Assembly: GCA_000934665.2 (NCBI GenBank)
Contig: KZ537999.1
Span: 124,001-188,000, forward strand
Length of the DNA stretch: 64,000 nt
Direction of reading: 5' to 3'
From: Catajapyx aquilonaris
Lineage: Eukaryota
The position numbers and the translations under genes were made by a program. Below, in pieces: positions 49,014-62,855 of this stretch. The first letter of the stretch is position 1. Every line of letters starts with the position of its first letter. Below the pieces are notes generated by a model. The model did not search any database. It saw only the letters and a list, made by a program, of their open reading frames with translations, and was not told the DNA's origin.

Positions 49014-51176
49014 TCTCTCTCTCTCTCTCCGTATTATATTGGATGGGTCGAGGGGTTGGTATAGTGTCGTTGGCACATCAGTCAGGCGCCAAACGACGTG
49101 CATGGCGATTTGCTTGACACTAGTGAGACCGCCATTTGCAGCCCTGGGTGAGCGCAATAGGAATAAATACAGGAGGGTGTCACACAAGAGTTGAAAGCCG
49201 GTCGCATATTTTGGACAGGTTATGTCAACCGCTGCTCTAAAAGTCCTGACTGTTTCCCCGCATATACTGTTAAGTATTAATATATGGAATAATCAGTGTC
49301 AGGTAACAACCAATACATGTCCTGCTGGTTGAAGTACAACTGTATAATTACTCAACAATTCGGCTGCTTTACGAACATCCTTGGAATTACTATTTCATAT
49401 CCCAACGCAGAACCACAATTTTAACGATTCACTTGGAGTACTGTACTTGTAGTTTGCAGGTCTTACTCAGAAACTAAATTTTCCATGCATCATCCGTAAT
49501 TCAACGACGGGAAAACTTTTTACAATGCGGAGCTTAAGGCCTACTTTGCCTACAGGTTAACAAAGTTACCATCTATTACATCCTCAATTCTTTCTCCTGA
49601 CTCGTATCTTACGCCAATTCTCTCGAGACAAACCCTCTCGCTAAGCCCTCCCTCGCACAAAAACTTATTAAGCTTCCCCAAAAAAAGAAGTTTAAGAAAA
49701 AGACCTAGAGAACGCTTCATTAGGCTTCCCCCATTTCCACCAATAAATTTTTGTCACAGATTATCTCGTTTGATGTGAAGAAAAGGCGGGAGGATTTAAG
49801 GTGCGCGTCCTTAGAACAAAAGAGCCAACTTTTGCTAAACTTCCTCCTCCCCCACGCCACAAAGTGATTTTGCAATTACTGGTCCTTCCATGGAATTATT
49901 TTCTGAAGAAGGATCATCCCAGTCACTTTCCTTGAAAAAATGACAAACGCTGTTTTTCATCAGACAACAATGAGGATTTTTTTTGTCCCTCCCCCTGAAG
50001 GTTGGGGGGGAAGCTGGAATATACGCAATATGGCAACATCCCACCCGCGACAGGAGGAGTGAAGAATGAAACGGACATGACTGGCATGAGCCCCCGGGCA
50101 GCGCCATTAGACCAGCGCCATATTAGAGCTCCCCCCCCCCCACCCAACAACACACACACTCTGATGGCCTCAAGGGTGATATTAGGTTGGGGGGGGCACC
50201 GTATTTAATTTTTGCCCTCCACCAAGTGAGTATAAAAGAGTGGCCATGTCCACATGTGAAAGCGGAGGGGGGGAAGTTCATCACGAGCCATATTGAAGCA
50301 CCAGCCCTTGTTTTAATTTTTTTTAAATTTAATATTGCCAGCTCCATCTCTGACAACATTTTGCACAAACATCTGATATGATTTTTTTTTTGAAAATAAA
50401 TATCTCCGCTCTGAATTTTTCGCAACAATACCCCCTCTACGCACACAGCATGATCTGCCCAATTAAACAAACAGGTCTCCTATATTATTCTATCAAGAAG
50501 AGCTTGTTAATGCGTTACTTGCAAATTGGCCCTTGTTGCAAGGGAGAGGGGAAAACCTGGCCTTTTTTCAGGGATCAAAAACATGTGAAGTACTCTACAA
50601 TTTTTGGGGGAAAAAAAGTCGGCAGAATAAAAATAGGCAAAGCTCTTGTGACAGAAAAAAGGGGTCGTATACGCAACTCGAAATCAGCAAACATCAGCAA
50701 TGCAGCAGGTAAAATTCGAAGGGAAAGCCAATCCCCATCCCCGTTTTCAACAAATCCGTTTCCGCTTTGTGACGCTCTAAGTGGTCCTCCAATCCCTTTT
50801 CATTTCCGTTTTCAGCGTGATCATTACGGAAATGAGGGCCGCTATCCGGTTTCGATTCAACAGGGAAAAGCAAGGGTAGGAAGAGGAGGAAGGGGGGGGG
50901 GGTTGTGGTAACAAAAAGACTCGTAGTCCTGTGGTTAAGTCTAAGAAGCAGGAAGTTTCCAGATGCTTCCGTTCCTGTCTATCGAGTCGTTTACGCCCAC
51001 TGGAGAGGACCCAATTAGCTTTCCGCTTACTTGTTTTCTCATTCCAAGACTGCACTTACGGCAATCCTGTTCCAATTTCCAGCCATACATCTTCATTCGG
51101 GCTTGCCTTGGGGGCTCTACCAGTCACGAGATCTTTTCCCGGGTCTCAGATTCTCCGAATTATGCGATGCTGATCA

Positions 51177-51267
51177 GTGCGCAGTGGAAATGAATTTGAT
51201 CCGCACTGCGCAGGCGTTCTGCGCACCTACGTACCACCCTGCGCAGACGTACTGCGCACTTGCACGC
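51177..51267. promoter_or_regulatory. TGCGCA cluster, including four TGCRCNC (MRE-core) matches
   Basis: TGCGCA at 51178, 51207, 51220, 51240 and 51253; TGCACGC at 51261. A 23-bp unit is duplicated at 51206 and 51239 (20/23). Confidence 0.5.
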
Positions 51268-54200
51268 AACTTAGAACCTCTCATATACTGATATACGCCG
51301 CATGTTTCTCCAACCAGAAACAGCTCGTGACAACAATAACAGCAGAAAAATAAGGCGGATGCTGAGGAAGGAAATTGTTATGTGGAATTTACGGCGGGTT
51401 AATTCGCTGTTAAGTGGAGCAAATAAGTACCGCCTGATTCAGCGAGAGCGAGAGTTGCAGCCTCCACTTTCTTTTTTAACCCTCCCTCTCTCCTTACTTG
51501 GATGAGAGGAGTTTGTGAAAGGAAATCCGGATGAATGGAGCCGAAGAAGGAGGGGGGACTTGGAAGGCCAAGGAGGAAAAACGAGCGGAATAGAGGGAAG
51601 GGGACAAAAAAGGAAAGAAGGAAGAGGAAGGAAGAAGAAAAAAAAAATCCGGGTGGAAAAGTGGGATTGAGTCGAGGGTCCAGCAACTTGCGGTGGCCAT
51701 ATCCGGGTATAGTCCGGGCAGCACTTCTTAGCCCATGTTTGCAGGGTCGACAGATCAGGTCCACTCCAAAAAAAGGTGAGGTCAAGATGCCAACTGCAAG
51801 TCACGCGATCGTTGCCTGATACTTGAAAGGCCCTGTAAATGCGACCACGTCTCGAACGCGTCTACCAACCGGATCTACAGGCACTTTCTTACTTAGCAGG
51901 CCCGATCCCTAACGAGGGATTCGCTTTTAATTATTGGGCATGAGGCAAGAGACTGGGGAAGGATGGGAACCAGGGATTAACTCCGGATGGCCTCAGGCCT
52001 TGGATGGCCCCCGGATTTCCAAGGTTGCCAAATGCATGCAGGGGGGGGGTTAACATTTTTTTGTGTGTAGAAGGCCATCAAGTGATGTAAGCTCACCTGA
52101 GTTCCATGTTGATCCTAAGATTTAGTACTCTGGAGCCGACGAATATTAACCCTCGGAAGGCTTTAATGGCCATACCGTGTACCGGTGACGCCTCGAATTT
52201 GAAACCGGGAGTGCCAAAAATTATGTCCTTGTCCGCGACGACCCGGGTCCTCCCAATTAAAAACATAATGCATCCGTCCGCGCCGCATTAATTATTCCCT
52301 TCCCCGACCCCCCTCCCACCGCACCTGAACTGATAAATATTTGCCACATAAATGTGCCCCAAACTCGTGCCAATTTCCAACCGTAGTTGTTTAAACCAGA
52401 CCGCGTGTTTTCCACAATACCTGATGCCACGAGGGGGATGGAAAACAATAATGAACCATCTGGCATTAGGGGGAAGAGAGTATGAATGCAACTTCATATA
52501 GAAAAGCTGTTGCCGTCAAAAACATCACTATTTCCACCAAAAAAAAAAAAATCGGTGAGAGAGGGACATGATTCGCGTATGAAACGCACGTGATTTGCAT
52601 TCAAAACCGGTTCTGCCTTCATTCCATTGATCTGTTTGTAACATCAGGGTTTGTGTAAATAACATTGTGCGTTGTACACGGCAACAATATCAATGAGACA
52701 GCGGCACATTGTTAAAGGTGACACCTACAGCTGTCGTGGTAAAACAGTAGCCTAATAAGAAATGAAAAAAAAATGCTTGCCTACCATAATTATATTATTA
52801 CATTATTAGTTTAGACCTCTAATATTTTCTTCTCTCTGCATTAACAATACTAAATGGTGCAAAATCATGTGTTATACAAAATGGATTGTATGAGATTTTT
52901 TTTACAACTTAGCGAGCATTGTGTGATGAGACCACATGATGCAACTAGATCATTTTGTGAATTAACATGACCAGAATATGCGAACTCACTAGTCTGCCGA
53001 TTGAATCAATGGTAATACTTCCGAAATTATCCGAAATTATTGTCAATTAGGGCTGCTTGCATGAACGCAAATTAAGGGAAAAAAATATCACGATTATTCA
53101 TTACACGATTGGAGATTATTCCTATAATTTGGGTTGATAAAACTGTTCTTAAAATCTGTTAACAGGCGTTCCCTGGCAGGTTATACAACAGAGCTTGATG
53201 CAGCGCATTAGATAAGTAATTATATGACCCCAGAAATTCCGTTGCGTACCGGTGCGGCATTAACGAGGCGACAATTAACGCCAGTGCACATAGAAGCTGT
53301 GACTAATTGAATGAGCCCATGAAACTGCAATAACCAGGTAAGTGCTGCAGGGAAATCATGCATATATCCGGTTATTGCATCCAGCCTTAAATTACGTTCA
53401 ATTATTTTCAAAGGTTTGACAAATTTATACGCACTTACAGAGCAGCAGATTCACGTAATCCGCCAATTCACTCAAGTCATTGCTAAACAGCTTGTCTATA
53501 TACACATACATGGAACTTGGAAGCATGTTGATATCGGGCGTAAAAGCCAATTCAATACACGACAATCCGGTGGTAATACCCGCCAACGAATGAGTCAATA
53601 TTTGCCTCGCCATTCATGAATTTTCAAGAGGCCCCCCCTATTCGATGTATACTAAATGCGGCTTTTAATCAAGTATTAATTAATAAATGAATTGATGGTT
53701 CTTCATTCGTATGCACAACATATTTGAGCTGGATGAGGGGCATCAGACAGGCAGACAGGGATCTCTTTTCAAGCCTGGAAGGCAGAAGCATCAGAAGGGT
53801 GGTGGAAGGGGAAGAGATTTATTCCGGCGAGAGGCTGATAACCATCCCTCTTCTTGTGCGTGGTGGATTGCGTGCCATCAAGGGGCCAAACGAGGGGCTG
53901 TTTGATTTTGCTACGAGGAGCGACAAGCTGCGCTGTAATGAAAGGGATTAGTGGACTTGGAGGCTGTTGCGAGGGGCGGGGGTGGGATGGCCTGAGAGAC
54001 GATCCGGGCTTTTGCACAACGGAAATCGAACATTGTTGCGACATTTATACGCCGCTCTGATGCTCACGATAATTCACTTGGTGCTAAACGGAACCGCATG
54101 GAGTGGACAGAAAACGCGATTTGTCCCTGTTACGAGCGCTGCTACAACGCATTCCTTCCACGTCGGACCATCGCTTCCGATCTGATGGACAATTTTCAGC

Positions 54201-57200
54201 TGGAAAGACGATTAACTGATATTTTAACTGAACCACAAAAGTTGCGACCCGAATCTTATCAATTGACCGCCGAGACCCCAGGCGCAACTATTGTGGTTTT
54301 CGGACTACGCCAGTTCAGGTAGTATTATCATTTTCAAAGTACAGCTCGAAATTGCTCCAAGGTTACGGCCATTTGCTTCGGTACACCAAGCGGCCCGGTT
54401 CCGGATGCGCGACCGCATAAAAAATGTAGGCCCCCCATGCAAAAATCCGGGCATCAATCTAAAGGCAATTCGGCCCCCCCTCATCCCTGTCCCCGGACTC
54501 TCGTTATCTCGTCTCCAATCTCTCCGGTAATTCTTGCAACGCAGCTCCGGTGGAAAAAGAAACGCGCGGGGGAGAAAAAAAAGAATCCGGATTTTCCAAC
54601 CCGGAGAAAAATACCCATAGGAATCCAAGTTTTTCTTGTGAACAAAGAGATGGGGCCAATTAGTTGGCTTTTACAAGAGGCTTCATGAAAGAGCTTTAGT
54701 AGGAGAGGGAGATAATCCAAGTAAATTATTCGGCTATTCGCAGTGAATTTGCCTGTGCAATAGTGCCAGCCTCGCAAGTTTTATTCTAGAGTCTTCTTTT
54801 TTTGCACGCGAAAAAAAAATCAAAGTGGAGAGAATGACGGCGGCAGGAAGGCAAATTTGTTCAAGGCTCAATTCATGTCAAAACTGTCGCGAGTCCTTCC
54901 AGCCCAAAATTGCACTGTGGACTTGGTGCAGACAAGGAATTATGAAAAGCGGCTCCGCTGGGCTGACTCAAGATTGTGAAGAAATGAATGTCGCCACTAC
55001 ACTGCTACACCCTAGGAAAAACTGGTTCAGTCGGGAAGACAGAAAAAGAGTTGTGCAAAAATATATATATAGAGAGAAAAGTCTGCCATGGTTGCTCTAA
55101 ATTGCTCGTCGCTGATCCACATTTTGCGGGGGTGGAACTCACTTTGTGACAAAAGTCGGACGAGAAAAAAGACTAAAAATACTCGCTTGTGTCGGGGATG
55201 TCGCGACTCATCGGATTTTTCACGCTGCCGCATAAAAGAGCAAGAATTTTATTACTATCCACCTGTGACACACAGCTGCACTTTTATATAGTGATAGCCA
55301 AGTGTGCCAAGGAAACTTGTGGACATTTTTTTTGCAAAAAAATCATTATCGTCATGTTCTACAAAAACCAAGAGGATTGCAGGCTGAGTCGAAGCTCATT
55401 AACAAAGATAGAGGTGCACAGGCCGCAAGAGGCTTTATTTCAGAGGAAAAGTGAGCTTATCGGAGGATTATGCATTTTCATTGTGCTGCTTTTCAACTTA
55501 AAATGATTTTTCACAACATTCTTCCCCAGAAGGACTGGACCAAGTCAGGCGAAACAAGTATGCTCTCGGGATATGAGCAAAATTTCGTTCCTTCCTCATC
55601 CTCAGAAAGTGAATGGAGACCGTATTAATAACTGCTTTGCATTCAAAGAACTCGCGAAAGAACACGACTTCATTAGCATACATTATGCTAAATAGGAATT
55701 GCTATAGTACCCCCCCCCCCCCAACCCACACGCAAGATTAAGCAATTCTCCGCGCGGTAAACTAAACAGGTTAGCGTTAAAGTTTGTAAAGCTCATTATT
55801 AGTAAAGAAATTACATGCTCCATTAACAACTCAGTGTCCGAGACAAAAAAAGAGGAGCAACCTTTGCGCAATATTCATAACAAGCGTATTATCCCAACAT
55901 GCATGGAAAGTAAACTTGTTAACTCTTGTGGGGAGGATTTAGCTTAACTCACGGCCTGCTGCACTTTAGGATTAAACGCATGAAATTATTATTCAACAGG
56001 TACCAACTCTTGCGACAAATTAGTATAAGAAAAAGTCATAAACAACGAGACATTGTTGATTTCACTGTTGGAAGTACGATTTTTTCGTTGGTTTAACAAA
56101 CTGACAAAAATCTTCTGTAGGAAAAGCAAAGGCCAGCAAAGTACAATATTTTAATAACAATCCTAACCAACGTGTGTACATAGACATATGCCAACATTAA
56201 TATTTAACATAGTAATACTCAAACTCTGGAGCGCACACAACCGAGAATATAAAAGCATTGGGTTAATCCATGAGAGCACATGTGTGTATAGACAGAGAGG
56301 TTGAACACATATTTGTAATAATTCGTCAGGTATAGTGCAGGAGGTTAAATTATTTTAGGAGCCGAGCAAATATTAGCCCTACCTCACTGTACATCCGTCA
56401 GCTTAATGATTTGGTCACCTTACATATCCGAGTAAACTATGCTCATATCATTATAATTACAGTCTGGCCTCTCTGTGTTGATTATTTTTAAAAAGCAAGA
56501 ATGGATCAACATGAGCTCAGAAGCCAATGGTTACAATATCCGGATTAATATTGTGTCATCATACATTTCGCAATAAATTCTGGCCCTTTAACTGCAGCTT
56601 ACACACCTGCGGTTTGGCCAGATTACCTCTCCCAATTGGCACACGGGGATGAGCAGGACCAAACAACCATCCCAAAATATTTGTGAGGGTCCTTTCTCCA
56701 TCCCCCCCCCCCCAAATCTTGAAAACGGCCCATAAATTAAAAGCTACCCCCTATATAGTAAGGCTCTTCCTCTTGTTCCAGCACACAAGATGGCAGTTCC
56801 GGGACTAATTGCCCCGCTTGTTCTGCGGCGGTTAACATCCCCATTTTCCTTCTGAGACTCTAATCGCCCTCAAGTTTCCGCATGAATCCTTTGCCCCCCT
56901 TATATCTACCGTGCAAACATGACCAAGCACAGGGTCAGAAAACGGACTCACATCTTGAGGCACTGCTCCTTTAATATACTGAAGGAAGAGGGCTAGAGAG
57001 AGAGAGAGAGGCCCATTTCATTCCATTCCAAGCCCAGTTTGCATAAGTCAGGCCCAGCACAATTTATACTTCCGTGTGGTTTTCGCAACTTGAGCCCATT
57101 TAGGAAACGCATAAATCGGAGGGGGCGCAGCTTCCGTGCTCAGGCATTAAAATGGACGCTCAGAGTAATTTCTTTCTAGGATCAAAGATGTAAAGGAAAA

Positions 57201-60200
57201 AAATATATATATCGACTCGACCAAGACACTTTAGGGCAAGATGGCGTCAATTTGAATTTTTCGGCATGTTTCAGTTATACGTATATATCTTATTTTGAAG
57301 GGGAGAGACTCATTCCTGGAACATTCTGCCGTCTAGTCAATTTTTGCTCTCATCCGGAAAATTCTCGGGACTGTTCCAGCCGGACTGGAGCAACTAAAAA
57401 AAGAGAGAAAATGGTGCGGTTTGGTGGCTGCAAAACGGGCTCCTAAATGGCATTATCCGGAGGGGACTCCCTCCTCCACTATTTCCCTTGTCTCCTTATC
57501 TTGATGAAAGTGCGCGGTGCTACATCATGTTATGACTCATTAAGAAAGTGCATGAGGCGGACTCGGAGGGGTTTTCTGCAAGATTGGAACCACCAGTTTT
57601 CCCTCCCCCCTTTTGTCTCATTCGGATTACTACAATGGCTGCCGTCTTATGGCAGCCAACAGTGGGCACAATTTTGACTGGCTCTGAGTTCATTCCCGAC
57701 AGTGGCTGCCACTGACGAGGTTTCATTTCGGAGACAAAGGAGACCGTCGAAAGGTCAATTCCCACCAGACTATAGAAGGTCATAACTCCAGGTCATCCAG
57801 CCAGATTGGACCTTAGATGAAACACTACAAGTGCACTGCTGGTAATAACAATCAGTGATTAACCAGCCGCGTATCAATCTTGTATTCGTCGGAACTCTCT
57901 TCTCCGAAACCTCAAGGCACTAAATACATCTCGGTTCCGGCTGCCACTTTTATGGCCCAGTCATTTCCCCTAAAATTAACTTGTTTCCCCATTCGAAAAA
58001 AGTCCCGCTACATTCATCACCTCGTGGCGGAGAAAAACCGTGGCAACGTTCCAGCAAAACAAGTTGAAGAGTGTCCGATCCTTGTAACAAAAAAATTGGA
58101 GGAACAAACCTGATGAAGTTATGTTCTGTACTTTATATCATCAAGTGGTTCGCCTACAAAAGGTTGGCTGTTGGCTGATATCACTCCTATGTCCATTCAG
58201 AACTCATTTACACTCAATTAAACATCTGCATGCGGTTGGCGCGACTCAAGCAGCGGCTCCAAAAACTCTCAGAAAGTCTCCTCCAGCATCAGCAAAACGG
58301 AGGAAATAATTGTGTGAGAGGATCTAAATGTCGGTTTTCAGTGGCCATCACAAGGATTGCGGGCGCCGACGGAGGACACGCCCACGCTAAGCACTCTCCT
58401 GAAATATATGGCCACCACCAGAATCCTCCTGGGCTACTACACTTTACTTCTCCTTTTTTTCAGATATAATTCTATCTCTCCCTCTCTCTATAGTCTCTAC
58501 TTGTAGGGTCCAGCTGCAGCATCCAGACCGAGCTTAACGGTCGAGTGTACGCGGAAGTGGTTTCACTCCATAACCAAGTGTGCTCTTGTGTGACTTGGCT
58601 TTTCATGAATTCCTCATATTATTTTTCGTGCAAGTTATCCGATTATTAATACAATTCATTAAACACAAATTGATGGCCATAAATTGGTATATCGCAGTTT
58701 CTCATGGGAATTCTATAATTATAATCTAGGATTTGCAGAGTTTTTAATATTTACGGTATAGTGTGTAGGCGGAATACTTCCTGATTAACCTAGATTATTA
58801 CGGGATTTGCCTGGATTTCCTTAATTACTGACAACAAACAACCGGGTTTTGGCTCAACAAAAACTTTTTTTTGCACAATATTCCTGCACCACCAACGTAG
58901 ATAATAATTTGTCTATTGGAAATGTTCAAATTTCTTTGGGATGTGTCATTTACAGGGAAATAGTGTCCAGGACTCAGAGTTTGACATTTTGTGGTGTGAT
59001 GTCGGTCTGTTGTACAAGTACATGTAAAATAACTTAAGACATTAATAAAGAAAACATTGATTCAATTCTATGTGACCTCAATCCAAAAAATTCGTCCTCA
59101 CTCTGCCCCCTCCCACCCCACACAAAAAAAAAACAACTCGATCCTTTCCCTGTATTATTCACGCCCCTATAACCACCTCACGCACCGGATCAGTCTCCAA
59201 ATGTACACAAAATTCCCAACGCAATTTCCTCTCGAGCCCTGGCGCCCCCAAACCGCATTGGCCAGAATTTCAAACCGCATCTGCAATAATCCATATCACA
59301 TATGCCCCGACCCGTAAAAGCTTCAAGTGGCATGAAAATGCAGCCCCCTGGACTTAGAAGCCCCACCCTATGTCCGGGATAAATGGAGCAAAGGACTGCC
59401 TTAGTGTGTGGTTTTTTGATCAGAGTAGATGCAGTGGAGGTTCAACTTTTTTTTTGCCCTGGATTCAACGTCCCTTGGTCCAGTGGCACTAGAACGCTGA
59501 CTGAGGCCCAATTCTGATCCGGAGCCCCCCGGATTTGCAGAACCACACTTGGGACCCAATTCCCGGCTGCGTATCTTGAATAATGATTCCGAGCTTGCCT
59601 ATACCCCTGGTCCCGCCAAAATCCGACGGCCAACATTTGCGTAACTATCCCCCNCCCCCCCCCCCCACCAAATTCGCGAGAGCCTGACCTCTTTCGGGTC
59701 AATCGCTTCGGATGGACTGGTCTATATACGCTCGCTTCCTGCCTACGTGATTCGATGCCATAGGCCAATCCCTGCCTTCCAAAAAAAATTTGGTCAAACG
59801 GTGGCTAATCCGGAGTTTGCCATAAAGAAATTTTCGTACCAAGCTAAAAGTTTTTTTGCAAAAATTTTAAAGCCAAGGAGCTGAAAAATTCAGGCGCACC
59901 ATAATGGAAACTTGGTTTCAAGTAGTTTCAAGCCTTGAGTAAAACATGAGGCGGTAGAAGTAGGCTTGTTGAAATAATTAATATCAAGACTCCTCCTAAC
60001 TTTAGCTTTGTACGTAATTACTACCAAAGTTGAGACAAAGAATGGGCACAAGTACACACTACAGTATCGGGCTGCTGTAAGTGAATCTCAAATCGCAAAT
60101 CCTACGTAATTATATCGCACATTTTTGCCAATAAAAAAAACCTTGACATGTGACATTACGTTGAGTGAACTCATTTCCAATCCGACATTCAATATTGGCA

Positions 60201-62784
60201 GTGTACTTTGATCGACAGTTGTTTCAATTGCCACCTGAGCCGGTCCCAACAGGAGGCGGTGAAATATTGAAAGGCCCACCCTGCGAAATTGGATCTTGCT
60301 TCTCGCTAATCTCGTAGAATGTGTCAATTTGTTCAAGCTGTGTGTTTGGACCCCAGAAGGAAGAAGACGAAAAAAAAGAGAACCTCCTAGAGAAGTGGAA
60401 ACGACGTTTTTCACTTTTTTTTGAGAACGAGAGTAAACAGGAAACAAGGTTAGAGAGAGCAAAATCCAGGTAGTCATACCAAGCTCCTTTGACCCGTAAG
60501 CCCCGGGGCGAAAACACAGGTATACAGAAGGCCTTGACTAATCAGTCGCAGGACCCCCTCGAAAACAAAAGACCGCCGAGGAAAATGGGTCTGGAAAGAT
60601 TAAAGGCCGGGGTCAAACTCCCATCAAAAAAGGAGACCCGTCGGGATCAAAAAATAAAAAGTGAGGGAAGCTGGCTCGTTTTGATGAAATCTTAAACCTC
60701 AATCAACCGCCAGGGCTCTAAAAACCAGTCTCAATCAGACCAGTACATTTTTTTTCACCCCCCAGGTTTTTTCACCGTCGTTATTAAGTCGTCACCCTGC
60801 ACAAGATGGCCCAAAAAGCATCCAAAATATTAGCACAGACACGTATCTGACATCTTTACAACTTACATATAACTGAAGCGATGTAGCGCTTCTAGAATAT
60901 TTTTTGAACTAATTCAAGAATATTTTGGTACATTATGGTGTCATATTGTTTTCAGTGAAGACCCTAGATTTTTCCGGCACACTGTAGGGGGCCCATAATA
61001 AAAGAGTCCCGATTTCGGCACCATGATGAAAAAGTGGATGGGGACGAATAGGAAGCTGGGCGTCTGCGATAAACTTGCATAATTTCCAACCCATCTTCCT
61101 CATACTTTTTTTTTTGCCCAGGCGTTAGTTTACGGCTGGCTCGTCCATCACGTGTTTTTCACCCCCTTCTCTTCCCTCCCCACCTCGGGGCATGGCATTT
61201 CGGCTTCATAATCCCCCATTACCCCCGGACGTTTATGGGAAAATTCGGCACGAAGAACACAAGAACGGACTTACGCAAACCACCCACTTTCCCTCTCAAA
61301 TCAACCAAAAACCTTTTCCCTGTTTCGCCCGCTAACTTACTAATGAGCGCTCCAGAGTTATGAATATTGCAGACTTTATGAAAGGATCGCTGGCACACGC
61401 AGTCCCCGGATCAACCTCTACTGGGAAATATCCGGGGAAAATCCAGACCTCCACATTCCCCCTTTTTATTAATATTTTTGCCTCTCTCTTTCTGCACTTG
61501 TGTCATATCAGAGCCTGATATCGCGGGAGACCCCCAACACGCTGGGCTGTTTTCATCACTGGAATGGAATGTAGCCTGCTGATGGAGGGATATTTTGCGG
61601 GGGAGTTTTCTTGGTTTAGTAGAGAATTCTTCTCTCTATACTATATAGTATACATTTTTAGAGAGGCGGGAGGAAGTTGACAGGAAAACACGCGCCCCAT
61701 TTTTCAACGGAGTCTATTTCTCACCGCGGAAATTGCATGAGAATGATGTCGCGCAAACTAATGCGACGGAGGGGGAGAGAAAAAAAATCGCGTGGAATGG
61801 CAGGAATGGTCCCGTTTAAATAATGTACATTGTGTGCTGGTTAAGGTTTTCTACCCATATTATTTTAATAATTAGATTATATGTGATCAGTGTCTACATG
61901 TGCAGCATATCCGCCTTAAGCTATTCATAATACAGCTTAGTACCAATATTTGCTCCTGCAAATTCAAACATGACTTTTTTAAAAAGTTTGCAACTGGCTT
62001 CTCTCCTCAAGGCTTACCCCGGATTATTAAAACTGCACCAGAAGCAAACGTCAGCAAACGTTAATTCGCGCTGCAAATCCAATTAGATCCCCCCCCCCCC
62101 CCTCCCATGCTAAGGAATGCAAAACTCGCCAGTGACGTCGGTTGCAAAAGTCCAGGGAGATAGACGCCAATTTCGCAAACCACTTCCTGTCCTCACTTTG
62201 ATCCATATTGTTAAGCTAAGGGCGCATGATGAGAGGAAAGGAGAGTTTGGTGGTTGTCGTCCTTTGACAACGTCGCTCAAGTGTATGTGCGCACCATTAT
62301 AGTTTAATTCCAATCGCACTATAGTTGCAACTACTACGTCGCAACCAGCTTGCTATAAAATGGCACGAGCGGAATTCGCCCCCGCCAAAACTTGTTTCAT
62401 TATACGTACATCTCCATTACCTTCTCATTCAGAACGGAATTCGAGCCACACCACAAGACCGTGCCCTACATATCATACAGTATTCCGCGCATTTAAGAAA
62501 TTTAGCCCCGACCCACTTTTGGAAGGGGGCAAAACTGCTGGAGGATCAATAATTATAAATCACAGCCGGTCCTAATTATAGTCTCCAATGATACCACCAT
62601 AACGACTTTATCTGCAACGTCCAAAAAAATATTACACAAAAATCGTCATATATCTGAGCAGAATGCAGCAGAACTTCGTCTGGCGCAGATTTTTATTTTA
62701 TTTTATGAATTTGCCTTTCCGGATTAATATTTTGCAATACGTTTGTTGAATTGTTTCCAATATTATTACAGCAAAATATGAAAT

Positions 62785-62855
62785 GTATAGACTAAGGATC
62801 GAACTATGGACCTCGAACACTGGCATAACCTGCTACACCACTGACCTAGAAAGCA
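62785..62855 (-). pseudogene. Degenerate tRNA-derived sequence (SINE head or tRNA pseudogene)
   Basis: The minus strand has an A-box-like TAGGTCAGTGG (62848-62838) and GAGGTCCATAGTTCGATCC with a B-box (62805-62796). The box starts are 43 nt apart, as in tRNAs. Acceptor and anticodon stems do not pair, so this is not a functional tRNA. Confidence 0.55.

Noticed and set aside
44660..50911. ORFs of 177-196 aa at 44660, 47561 and 50378
   Set aside because: Composition is driven by homopolymer runs (poly-K/F/P/G), one spans an N, and no domains are recognisable.
52147..52165. TTAA|CCCTC piggyBac-like left end
   Set aside because: No matching inverted terminus found in the window.
53335..53343. 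Perfect donor CAG|GTAAGT
   Set aside because: All three frames from the nearest upstream acceptor contain stops; a non-coding exon cannot be assessed.
57712..57762. Hammerhead-like CTGACGA…stem…GAAA
   Set aside because: Three extra bases separate stem II from GAAA, and no stem III or NUH cleavage triplet can be formed.
18334..59654. Four isolated Ns (18334, 37248, 47962, 59654) and long G/C runs suggesting G-quadruplexes
   Set aside because: All Ns lie in or near G/C homopolymers, indicating sequencing uncertainty. Run lengths are unreliable and such runs are ubiquitous here, so no specific G4 is claimed.
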